Source of the DNA: Candidatus Parcubacteria bacterium | Lineage (GTDB): Bacteria > Patescibacteriota > Minisyncoccia > Phycocordibacterales > PALSA-1337 | DNA: 64,000 bases | Assembly: GCA_963766795.1 (NCBI GenBank) | Contig: CAVYBN010000004.1 | Span: 11,179-75,178, forward strand | Reading direction: 5' to 3' | In this document: positions 36,966 through 46,841 of the stretch, one piece after another | How positions within the stretch are numbered: position 1 is the stretch's first letter | How the letters are laid out: each line of letters begins with the position of its first letter | Notes under the pieces: model-generated | Told to the model about the DNA's origin: nothing | The model's database searches: none | What the model saw: the letters and a program-made list of their open reading frames with translations, nothing else | Program-made: the position numbers and the translations under genes

Positions 36966-39900
36966 TTATATCTCTCCTTCCGAGGAAGAAACTACATTTA
37001 ATGTCGCTAGTGCTGTAATCTCTTGATTTCGATTGGCTCTGTACAACGCAAGAGTGAATATGCGTTGGCCAGAATTTATGGCGGAACGGTGAGACCAATC
37101 TGATATTGGAAACTCCTGATTGCAAACCGGACAAATCTACAGAACCTAGAGATGATGAATATTTGATTGCCCCGGTAATTTGGCAATCGCATCCTCCAGC
37201 TGTGAGCCATGAATAATCAGCACTTAGATTCACATACCAGCCCAGAACGAATGGCTGACCTTTTGTCACGGTGGCTGAAGAGTATCCTGAAGGAAACTGG
37301 CATTCGCCGCAGCGGATCGGAACAGAGCTTCCGCCTGAGATCAAGAGCTTGAGATGCGTCGCGGGATTGATCCTCGAGATCGGACTGCAGGAGCCTCTGG
37401 CGGTATTGTTGTCGCCGTCGGTCACGCTCACGGCAATGCTTGCCGAGTCTCCGGGATTCAGCGCCGTCGATTGAGTATAGGTCGACGGGCTAGCGCCGGA
37501 AGACGGCCCGCCGGCATTCAAATTGTTGATCGAGGATGAGGACCAATTTATGGTATACCCCGTCCCGCTTCCGCCCGAGGCAGTCGCTATCCAAACAGCT
37601 TCATTGGAGCCATTGAGCGGTTGGCTTGCGCAGTCTAGAGCAAGTTTAGCCGTCGGTGCTCCGCAACCCGGACCGCCGCATTCGAAATGGACTGGCGTAA
37701 AAGTCGGCGACGGAATGGCGTTGCCGCCGACGCCGAAGCCTTGTCCGAAGTTGAGCCAACCGATAGCGCTGTTCTCCCATCCAAAGCCGCCGAATGTGCC
37801 CTGTATATCGCCGGATGACAGCGTCTGAGTCTGGAATGTCATGCCTCCCGCCAGATATTGCTTCCCGAGTATGGTTATCGTATTGAAGTCCGGCGATAGG
37901 AAATTCGTGGAAGAATTCCACGGAGATGGGAGGATCGTTCCAGACAGCGCGATACATCCGTCCCAGCCGTTCGCGGCGCCGATGCCGGAATAGGCGCGGG
38001 CAAAGCCGCTGACGGTGCCGGTCGTGAGATCTGCCGTGGCCGCCAGGCCGCAGGACGGAGCGGCGGAGATATCATCCGGCTCGAAGCTGACCCAGCCGAT
38101 ATTCGGAGACCATGCGTAGCCGCCGAAGCAGGCCTCTGTCATGGAACAGCCCGCCGTGGAAGTGCTGACGGTGACATTGTAAGCCGCGCCGCCTCCTGCG
38201 CCGGAATCATTGGAATTGAAGCTGAGCCAGCCGATATTGGACGACCATGCCCAGCCGGATAGCGGAGTCGGGCCTTGAGGAGCGTTGCTCTGGTTCTGGC
38301 CATTCTGGTTCAATCCGTTCGCCAGATAATAATCGTACAGAGCCGTGACGTCGTCTGAAGAAAAAGGCCTGTTATAGATGCGGATGTCGTCGATGGTCCC
38401 GTTGAAATCGCGGAACGCGCCAGAGCCGTATTGACAGCCGATAGCTACGCCGTAAGGCCCGTATGCTTTCGATGGCGCGGCATACGAGTTGAACGAAGGA
38501 TGCGCGACTAATTGTCCGTTGACGTAGAAATCCGTCTCGGACCCAGTCTGCGTCATGACGATGTGATACCATTGATCGGGCGCGGAAAAGGAATATCCGG
38601 TATCGATCCAAGCCACGCCGTCCGCGAGCCCCTCGAGCTTCCCATTGTCTATACCGAACGAATATCCGTTGCCGTTGTTATTGTTATCCGTGCCGTTTAA
38701 GACGACATTGGACTGCTGCTCCAGGATGGCCGGATCTATCCAGGCAGTCATGGTCCAACCGCTGGTCTGATCCGTGGCAACGCTGTTCGCGAGGACGCAG
38801 CCGTCAGTGCCGCTAAACGACAGAGCGGCTTGCGATCCGTTGCCGTAAGTGTTCGTCGAAGTCCAGCGCGCGCCGGAATCGGAAAGACCTCGGATAGCCC
38901 CGTCATTACCGCTTCCCGATGAATCAGCCGTGGAAGCGCCTGTGCCTTCCTCCATATTCCACCATCCTACCAGGCCGGTCGTGTAGTCCGGAGGGGAAGG
39001 GTTGCCTGGATTGCCGGAGCCGCCGCTGATATCATCTTGAGAAAGAGCTCTATTATAGATGCGGACATCGCTCATATAGCCGCTCCAATTGCGGCCTGAA
39101 TCGGTAGGATCATACCCGATGGCGTAATTGGAATCGGTCGTATTGTAAGACGCTCCATTATTGGTCACGGTACCGGCAAAGCTCAAAGCCTGCGGCACGC
39201 CGTTTATGTATATTTTGAGCGGATACGGGGCCACATTCGGGTTTCCGCCGGAATAAGTCACCGTGACCAGAGACCACGCGTTCAGATGGATCGCGTCGTT
39301 GCCCGTGTACCAATCGTTGCCGTCGGACGAGAAGTATATCTCATCATTCCCCCTGGCGTCGAAATTCAGAGAGAACTTCGCGAGCGGCCCGTCAGTACCG
39401 GAATCGTATATGGTCTGGAAAGAAGAACTACGTGGGATATACCCAGGCCGAGATCGTCCTCGGGGAACCGCCGCCCAGGTCCATGGCCGGCAGGTCTATC
39501 CCCGCCGTAGAGTTGAAGTTGAGAGCGCAGCTTATGTTTCCCGCCGATGATTCGATGTATTGGAGATTTTTCACCGTCGCCGTGCCGTTGTTCCCGTTCC
39601 CGCTGCTGTCCGGCACGTTGGAACCGGAACTTCTGGACGAGTACGTATACGGAGAAGTGACGCCGGGAGTGAAAGCGCCGCCGTTCGTCATGTTGGCATC
39701 CGTCAAAGATGTGACATTCCCCACGTCCTGCCAATGATAACCGTGGGAAGGCGAAGCCGCCGTATAAGGAGAGACCTGTGAAGATGTGAATGCCGAGGAA
39801 GAAGTGAATGTGCTATGGTTTGCCAAGCCGTTGTCCGTGTAAGAAGTGACATTCCCCACGTCCTGCCAAGACGAAACGCTAAGATCTTGAGAACTGTAAC

Positions 39901-40714
39901 TTTCATAGATGTCTGCTTCAATGACATACCCGTCTGCTCCCGACACTGGGTCCCAAGAAAGGCTCGACTCAAAAGATTGGCCTCCGAAAGCATGGTAGTC
40001 GTTCGAGTCATCCGCGAATTGCACGCCATCATCCGAATAGACGCGCGTACCGTCGGGTGCGACTTTGTACGCCCATACCTTATAAGTCATGCCGGTATAT
40101 CCGGAGTAGAAATAATTATCGCCGGTAACGGCAGAGATAGTTCCGTTGCCGTCTTGATCACCGACCGCGGTGGTAACGTACTGCTGAACGTCGGACTGGA
40201 TGACGTATCCGTCCGCGGAGCTTACCCCGTCCCAATTGAGATTGACCGTGAAAGACCTGTCGATATCATCGCCAACCGACGCGAATGGCACCCCGTCGGC
40301 GGAGTAGACGCGCGCGCTGTTGTTAGGAGCTTCTTCGTACGCCCATATCTTATATGATACTTTGCTGTCAGCAAAAGTATTAGTATTATTGACTACTTGA
40401 CTGCCTGCGTAGACCACGCTTCCGCTTCCATTTCCGTCTTGGTCCGCGACGGTAAAGGTCGAGGAAGTGCCTCCCAGACACCCGTTCAATTGATACCAGC
40501 CGACCAGCCCGCTGGTGATGTCGGCATGCGCCGCGCGCGGTGCAACCAAGAAGACGGCTGCGGCGAAAGCTAATAAAGGGTAAAATATTAACCCTTTGTT
40601 CCGGCTTCGACTCGGACGCTGTGAATGCAAGCATTCACGCGTCCTCGCTCGCCGGAATAAAGTTGTGAGAGACGCCTTTTTAAGCACGCACACAAGGGGA
40701 GATGGGCTTTTCAT
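36966..40714 (-). CDS. Very large secreted protein with LamG/concanavalin-like domains; at least two frame breaks (about 39425 and 37110)
   Basis: Has a signal peptide and repeated LamG hallmarks (WNMEEG...VRIYNRALSQDDI, IRIYNRPFSSDDV). ORFs 39428-40714 and 36793-39261 join through PRSSSFQTIYDSGTDGPLAKF. The likely true C-terminus RIFTLALYRANRNQEITALATLNVVSSSEGEI ends at 36966. Confidence 0.6.
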
Positions 40715-40795
40715 GCCTTGATTTTACACTAGAATTGACAAGCCAGCCACAAACCAGATGTGGATATCGCATGTCAAATGCTCGGTAGCGGCGCT

Positions 40796-43040
40796 TCAGC
40801 CCGGCCAAGATTCGACTATTAATAGCTTCTTGCCACGAATCGGCATATCAGCCCAAATCTCCTCCGTCACGAACGGCATGAACGGATGCAGAGCTTTCAG
40901 AAGCGCGGCGAGCGCGTCTGATAGGAATTGCCGGCGCGACTCTCTTGTCCGCTTCACTGCCATTCTCGAATATCGGCTTGCTGTCCTCGATGATCTTGTC
41001 CGCGAATTCATGCCAGACATAATGGTAGAGCTTCTCGGCCACGATGTAGAATTTGAATCCGTCCATCTCTTTGGAGATCTCTTTAAGGAATGCTTGCAAA
41101 TCTCCCCAAAGCTTAGCGTCAGCTGCGTTGAATTCGAAGTTTTCAATGCTTGCGTCTTCACTTTTTAATTTTGAATTTGACTTTTGACTTTTGACTTTTG
41201 ACTTTTGAATTTTCTCCGTGTTCTCCAAGATAAATCGGGTGATATTCCAGAGCTTGTTCGTGAACTTTTTGTATGCTGAGACCTTGTCTTCTGACAAAGC
41301 CAGCGAAGTCCCTGGTGTATTGCCTATGATGATCCCCATGCGGAACGCGTCCGTGCCGAACTTGGAAGTCAGCGTCAAGGGGTCGATGACATTGCCTTTG
41401 CTCTTGCTCATCTTCTGACCTTTGGCGTCGAGCACTAAGCCGTGGAGATAAACGGTCTTGAACGGAACCTTGCCGGTGCGATAAAGCCCCAACATGATCA
41501 TGCGCGAGACCCAGAAGAAGATGATCTCACCGGCAGTTTCCATGACATCAGTCGGGTAATAGGTCTTGAAATCGTCACTGTCAGGAAATCCGAGCGTTGC
41601 AAATGGCCATTGTCCTGAAGAAAACCATGTATCGAACGTGTCGGAGTCTTTGACGAGCTCACCCTCGCATTTCGAGCACTTCACAAGCTTGTCATCGAGG
41701 TCAACAAAGCCTTCGCCGCATTTCTGACAAATTTTAGCCGGAATAGGAATGCCCCAGACGATCTGACGGGAAATGTTCCAGTCGATGATGTTCGTGAGCC
41801 AATGCGTTGTGATCTTCTCGTAATGATCCGGAATGTAGACGACTTCTTTGGATCTGATCTTTTCCAGGGCTTTCTCGGCCAAAGGCTTCATGCGCACGAA
41901 CCATTGGCTCTTGATCTGCGGCTCGATGATCGTCCCGCACTTGTAGCAAGTCCTGACCACGTGCGTGTATGCCGGGTCGACCTTCTCGACCAATCCTTTC
42001 TTCTGCAGCTTCTCGATAATAGCTGGGCGGGCTTTCTTGATATGCATGCCGGCGAATTCACCGGCGATCGCCATGAGCTTTCCTTGTTCGTCTATGATCT
42101 GTTCCTTGTCCAAGCCGTGCCGCTCGGCAATCCCGAAATCGACGGGATCATGCCATGGCGTGATGGTCATAACCCCAGTTCCAAAAGCCATGTCAATGGC
42201 TTCATCCTTGATGACAGTGGCTGTGATAGGTCCGTTAATCCATTCGAGTTCGATCTTCTGACCATCCATGTACGCCTTATAGCGCTTATCGTCGGGATGC
42301 ATCACCACATATTTATCTCCGAACTTGGTCTCTGGACGAGATGTGCCGATCACGAATGGCCCATATTTCAAATAATAGAAGCTTTCGGTTTTTTCTTCAT
42401 CCTTGATCTCAAGATCTGAAAAAGCCGTCTGATGCTTCGAACACCATGAGACGATGCGCTTGCCGCGGTACAGAAGGCCGTCGTCGGAAAGCTGTTTGAA
42501 CGTCCCGTAGACCGTCTTTATGACGCTTGGATCGAGCGTGAATTTCTCCCGGGACCAATCGCATGAGGCGCCCATTTTTTTGACCTGCGACTTGATGTTA
42601 TTTGAATTGGCCAGCGTGAATTCCATTATCTCATCATAGAGCTTCCTAGGCTCGATCTCGAAGCGAGTCCTGCCTTCCTTCTCTAGCTTCTTCTCATATA
42701 CCACCTGCGTTTCAAAGCCTGCATGGTCGAGTCCCGGCAGCCACAAGGTTTTGAAGCCTTTCATGCGCTTGTATCGGGTGATGATGTCTTCAATGGCCAT
42801 GACCAGACCATGGCCGGCATGAAGCGAGCCGTTGGCATTGGTCGGCGGCATGATGATCGTAAAGGACTTGGCATCAGCCTTGGTAGCTCCTTTTTTGACG
42901 CATTGATCCGGATCAAAGAACCCGCTCTCTTCCCAGAGCTTGTATATGCGATCTTCGGTCGCGGCCGGGTCGTAAGGCTTAAGATATTTGCCAGGAATGT
43001 TCTGGACCGGCCTATCGCTTGTCTCCACTTTCTCATTCAT
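40796..43040 (-). CDS. valS: Valyl-tRNA synthetase; frame broken near 40935-40950
   Basis: PPTNANGSLHAGH (HIGH region), GLDHAGFETQ and KMSKSKGN. The C-terminal LHPFMPFVTEEIW lies in the shifted ORF 40796-41161. Confidence 0.85.
41163..41215. repeat. 7-bp microsatellite (ACTTTTG x4) inside valS
   Basis: TTGACTTTTGACTTTTGACTTTTGACTTTTGAA is translated in frame as QKSKVKSQKSNSKLKSE. Confidence 0.85.
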
Positions 43041-43120
43041 GCCGGAAATAGTAGCAGAAAAAGACGCCTTTTGACACTTCGCTTTGCGTTTCGCTTTGCG
43101 TTTTCCACTGTAAACTTATG

Positions 43121-43686
43121 TCAATATTTGCGGATGACGCCTTTGACCACCGCGGCGATCTCCAAGCTTTCCTGCGGATAGATCGGCTTGTAAGCTTTGT
43201 TGGCCGGCTCGAGATATGTCTGGCTGCCCTTCCGGCGATAATATTTCATAGTCCAGCCGCCATCGACGAGAGCGATGACGATGTCGCCAGCTTTGGCTTC
43301 CTTGCCGCGCTCGGCCATGACCAAGTCTCCCTCGCGGATACCGGCGTCAATCATCGAATCGCCTTTGACGCGTAAAAGATATGAAACATCTTTGTGATCG
43401 AAGAGATATTCATTGACATCGATGGTATCTAGCGTCTGCGCGTCTGCTTCCGAAGGGAATCCAGCCTCCACCAAGCCGAGCATCGGCACTTCCCCGACCA
43501 GGCGGTCCGGCGACAGCCGGCCGCTGGCATCCTTGTGGATGACGCCTTCGCCGACTAGCTTATTGATCAGTTTGTAAACTGCATTCTTGGACTTGAAGCC
43601 GACCGAGCCGCCATGATCTCCGCATAGCTCGGCATGCGCTTGTTATTCCTGTAAAATCCCAGGATCTTGTCTTTGTAATTATTCAT
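43121..43686 (-). CDS. lexA: LexA repressor (S24 peptidase); frame broken near 43610-43620
   Basis: The C-terminal VKGDSMIDAGI...GDIVIA is in ORF 43121-43489. The N-terminal MNNYKDKILGFYRNNKRMPSYAEIMAA and SVGFKSKNAVYKLINKLVGEGVI lie in two further frames. Confidence 0.8.
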
Positions 43687-43889
43687 AACATGAACATGCT
43701 GACAAAGCTAAGCGAGCGGCCGAACCAAGATTCTCTCTTCGGTGAAAGCCTGTTCAATTGCGACATCAGGAACTTATGCCTTCGCGATTCAGCGTAATAC
43801 GGCAGGCCCTGAATGATCCTGCCATCGATGATCCGATTGACCTTGCGGATCTCCTGCTTCAACGACTTCACTATCTCGTGTTTGCTCAT
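43683..43889 (-). CDS. 68-aa hypothetical protein co-transcribed with lexA (ATGA overlap)
   Basis: MSKHEIVKSLKQEIRKVNRIIDGRIIQGLPYYAESRRHKF.... It lies between the SOS-box promoter and lexA. Confidence 0.4.
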   Translation of the reverse strand: MSKHEIVKSLKQEIRKVNRIIDGRIIQGLPYYAESRRHKFLMSQLNRLSPKRESWFGRSLSFVSMFML

Positions 43890-43940
43890 GGAAATGATTA
43901 TTGAAATAGATGCTTGATAAATGCGTCCGACCACGGATAT

Positions 43941-43970
43941 AGTATAGGTGAACGATAGTTCACCTGTCAA
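43941..43970 (-). promoter_or_regulatory. Promoter with an embedded LexA (Cheo-type) box
   Basis: The minus strand reads TTGACA GGTGAACTATCGTTCACC TATACT. The palindrome GAAC-N4-GTTC lies between the -35 and -10 elements. Confidence 0.65.
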
Positions 43971-44083
43971 ATGACGGGTGTGGATAAGTGCCTGCGGCAC
44001 TTGTTCCGTCTTCGCTCGCGCATCATGTCTGCCTTCGCAGCCACGATGCCGCTCGCTAGACGGAATAACTCGCTTCGCCAAAC

Positions 44084-44115
44084 AAAAGCGCCCGACCTTT
44101 CGGCGGGGCGCTTTT
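44084..44115 (-). terminator. Rho-independent terminator after cspA
   Basis: A GC-rich stem (GCGCCCCGCC / GGTCGGGCGC on the minus strand) is followed by TTTT. Confidence 0.7.
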
Positions 44116-44132
44116 GTATGGCGAGCGGCTAT

Positions 44133-44336
44133 TTAGGCGCGCTGGACGTTCTTGGCGTTCGGGCCCTTCTGGCCGTCGACCACCTCGAAGGAGACGGCGT
44201 CGCCGACATGCAGGTCGGCAAACGAAACGCCAGACAGGTCGTTGGAGTGGAAGAAGAGGTCCTTCGTCTCTCCATCGCGAGCGATGAAGCCGAATCCCTT
44301 ATCCGCAACGAGGGTCTTGATTGTTCCCTTATTCAT
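44133..44336 (-). CDS. cspA: Cold-shock protein (CspA family)
   Basis: GTIKTLVADKGFGFIARDGETKDLFFH carries the RNP1/RNP2 motifs. Confidence 0.95.
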   Translation of the reverse strand: MNKGTIKTLVADKGFGFIARDGETKDLFFHSNDLSGVSFADLHVGDAVSFEVVDGQKGPNAKNVQRA

Positions 44337-44587
44337 GAGAATAGTTTTTGATGATTGCTAGCAAAGAAAAATTTCGACTAAGCTTTCTAAGACGGCAATC
44401 ATAGCATACCTGCCTATAATTTGTCAAACTTGTGACCAAACAGTCTGGCTTTCAGAACTCATAAAGCAGAGGGATTCGATCAGGGTCAGCCTTCAAGAAC
44501 TCGGCTCTCTCGTTGCTAATACTACTGTATGAGGTAACATGTGTGCAAGTAGCCATATGGCAGACATAGTTGCTATACTTACACGCA

Positions 44588-44992
44588 ATGAAAAAAGATT
44601 TCGATAACTGGAATGCAAAAAAGAAAGAGCTGCATGACCGCCCTGCCGGACCCTTCTACCATGAGCGCGAAGTGTGGTGGTGCGCTCTGGGCATCAATGT
44701 CGGCTTTGAACAGGATGGCACGGGTAAAAACTATGATCGGCCGGTGCTTATCGTACATGGCTTCAATGCACATGTCTTCTTTGGCGTGGCACTTACGGGA
44801 AAAAGTAAGCGGGGACGATATTATTTGCCAGTAGGAAAAATTGAGGGCAGAGAAGCATCGGCCATCCTTTCGCAGGTACGGTTGATTGACTCGAAGCGCT
44901 TGGTACACAAAATGGGCACACTTGATGAGCCCTTATTTGAGAAAGTCTGTGAGGCTCTAAAAGATACCCTGTTTGGTAAAAGAAAGGCGTAG
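44588..44992 (+). CDS. PemK/MazF-like toxin family protein
   Basis: MKKDFDNWNAKKKELH...EVWWCALGINVGFEQDG...RPVLIV. Confidence 0.6.
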   Translation: MKKDFDNWNAKKKELHDRPAGPFYHEREVWWCALGINVGFEQDGTGKNYDRPVLIVHGFNAHVFFGVALTGKSKRGRYYLPVGKIEGREASAILSQVRLIDSKRLVHKMGTLDEPLFEKVCEALKDTLFGKRKA

Positions 44993-45407
44993 AAACGATT
45001 TTGCCCCGCCGTGAAGCGGGGCGAGGCCGAAGCCATTTGTACCCATAGTATATCTGAAGCGGGTAAAGAAAGTCAAGTTGTCAACAAAGGTGTAAACGAC
45101 GAACGGTACCCATATAGGATGCCGTTCAAGTCTGATGGAGCCAGTATAGCAGGTCCGCTCTCACTATCAATAGAGTTTCTTCTTTCTCTTAATCATCAGA
45201 TACGCGCCGATAATTACGAGGATAACGAACCACTATCGGTGGAGATAGTCTTCAGTCAAAACTCGCGCCACAAAGGGCCACAGAGGGCCACACAGGGCGT
45301 GAAAAACAGAGAAATGACCTGCTATCGTTTGGGGTTTTGTTTTCCCTTCACCATAGATCGGCCTAACGATACTGCGACTTTTCAAAATGGGTATGTCAGA
45401 CACATAA

Positions 45408-45442
45408 AGCAAAATGCTCAACACTTATCGCATTGAGCATTT
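45408..45442 (-). terminator. Rho-independent terminator after the surface-protein operon
   Basis: The stem AATGCTCAA / TTGAGCATT has a T run on the minus strand. Confidence 0.6.
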
Positions 45443-45464
45443 AGCATTTCTTATAGCTTAGAGA

Positions 45465-46184
45465 TTATTGCTTCGGCTCTGACTTTCGGCTATACAGCCA
45501 GTAGCCAACTACAGCGAGCACCACGACGATAAGCAGAATCCGATAACCATGTGTAGCTTGTAGAACTTGCCGTGGCTGCGGCTGCTACTTGCGTATTCTG
45601 TGCGGGCTGTACAGCAACTGGCGCGGTATTGCGTGGCTTCTTGAACCACCGGCTGTGTTTGAACCGCGGGCGTTGCCTGTTCAGTCGTCTGTGTCGGAGC
45701 AACAGCGGCGGCAGACACGGTGAACTCCGTTCCGCTTCCGGTAATGGCGCTTTGGCCGTTAGTATCAAAGGCCAATGACTGGCTGCCGATGGTAATCGTT
45801 CCGCTTCCGGCTTTTCTGGCCGTGAATGAGATCGTGCCGAACACGGTCTGAGCGGAGATCCCTTTTGGGTATCCGGCCGTCTTGATCAGGATTCCGTTCA
45901 TATTGTCGGTCAAGTCATAGCCGGGTTCCGTCAGGGCCATCCAGTTACTTCCCAGCGTGAATGAGCTTACTTGCAACAGGTTGGACGGATAATCCACCTC
46001 TACCTTCTCGACATCGTTGATGAAACCTTGTGGATTAACTGCGACAACCACATTAAATTGCTGTCCTGACGCGATTTTGAGGCTTGCAGGGGTCAATGAA
46101 GCCGTTGTCGCGGCAAAGGCCGGTAAGGCGAATAACACCGTTCCGAGAGCTGCCGCAATGACTGTTAGAAGTGATTTTTTTCAT
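45465..46184 (-). CDS. Cohesin-domain membrane-anchored protein; several frame breaks
   Basis: The core SLKIASGQQFNVVVAVNP...GTISFTARKAGSGTITI is cohesin-like. The true start MKK(S)LLTVIAAALGTVLFALPAFA is shifted by an A7 run at 46174-46180. The C-terminal TM segment GYRILLIVVVLAVVGYWLY lies in a third frame. Confidence 0.6.
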
Positions 46185-46204
46185 GGTATTTATTCGTCTT
46201 ATAA

Positions 46205-46822
46205 TTAGCTTGTCCAATTAGCCATTAACCACACGAAGTCCTGAATGCCGACGATAGCCATCTCCGGTGAAATCGGCCGGAATACCTGACTCCAGGCTTA
46301 CCCCAATTAGCCATCAAAGACACGAAATTTGAGATGCCTACCGTAGCGGTGGTAGGAGTATAACTGCCTCCACCACCTCCGCGAATGAACCGATATTGCC
46401 TCCGCCTGCTTGATACGCTCGAAATGCGGCACGGGAATGTTGATCGTGTAGAGATACGAGACGGCGGTCGAAGACACGCTAGTCGGTAGCAGGAGATAGC
46501 TTCGATCGTCATAGATGAATTAACCGCAATAGGACCGGAATAGGTATTACCCGTTGAGCAGGTCGCGGTCGTGCCGTCCGTGGTGTAGTTGATACTGGTT
46601 GCGCCAGCGGCGGTCAGAGTCACACTTTGCGCGGAAGAATAACTACCAGCAGCAGGACTGGCGATAGGCGGTGTGATAACGATGCCATTCATAGGATTGC
46701 CGTTCGTGGCACTTATGCCCGTAGTCAGGGTGCCGGTCACTTGATCTGCCAATGCCAATACCACAAGCCAATATCGGCAAGATAGCCATGACCGCAACTA
46801 TTAACTTTGATTTATTTTTCAT
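46205..46822 (-). CDS. Secreted protein with a chitobiase/FN3-like domain and two dockerin-like repeats; several frame breaks
   Basis: SAQSVTLTAAGATSINYTTDGTTATCSTGNTYSGPIAV, then VGISNFVSLMANWGK and IVGIQDFVWLMANWTS spread across frames. Confidence 0.5.
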
Positions 46823-46841
46823 AATGATATTCTGATTGGCT

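Noticed and set aside
43070-43110. The CGCTTTGCGTTT tandem duplication upstream of valS, considered as a T-box or other leader.
   Set aside because: It is far too short for a T-box and has no specifier or terminator structure. It overlaps the putative promoter spacer.
45011-45436. A 141-aa plus-strand ORF in the spacer after mazF, and a triple GGCCACA direct repeat (about 45270-45295).
   Set aside because: The ORF starts with GTG inside the mazF terminator region and has no coding-like features. The short repeat is too small to interpret. I found no tmRNA, RNase P or SRP signature in this spacer.
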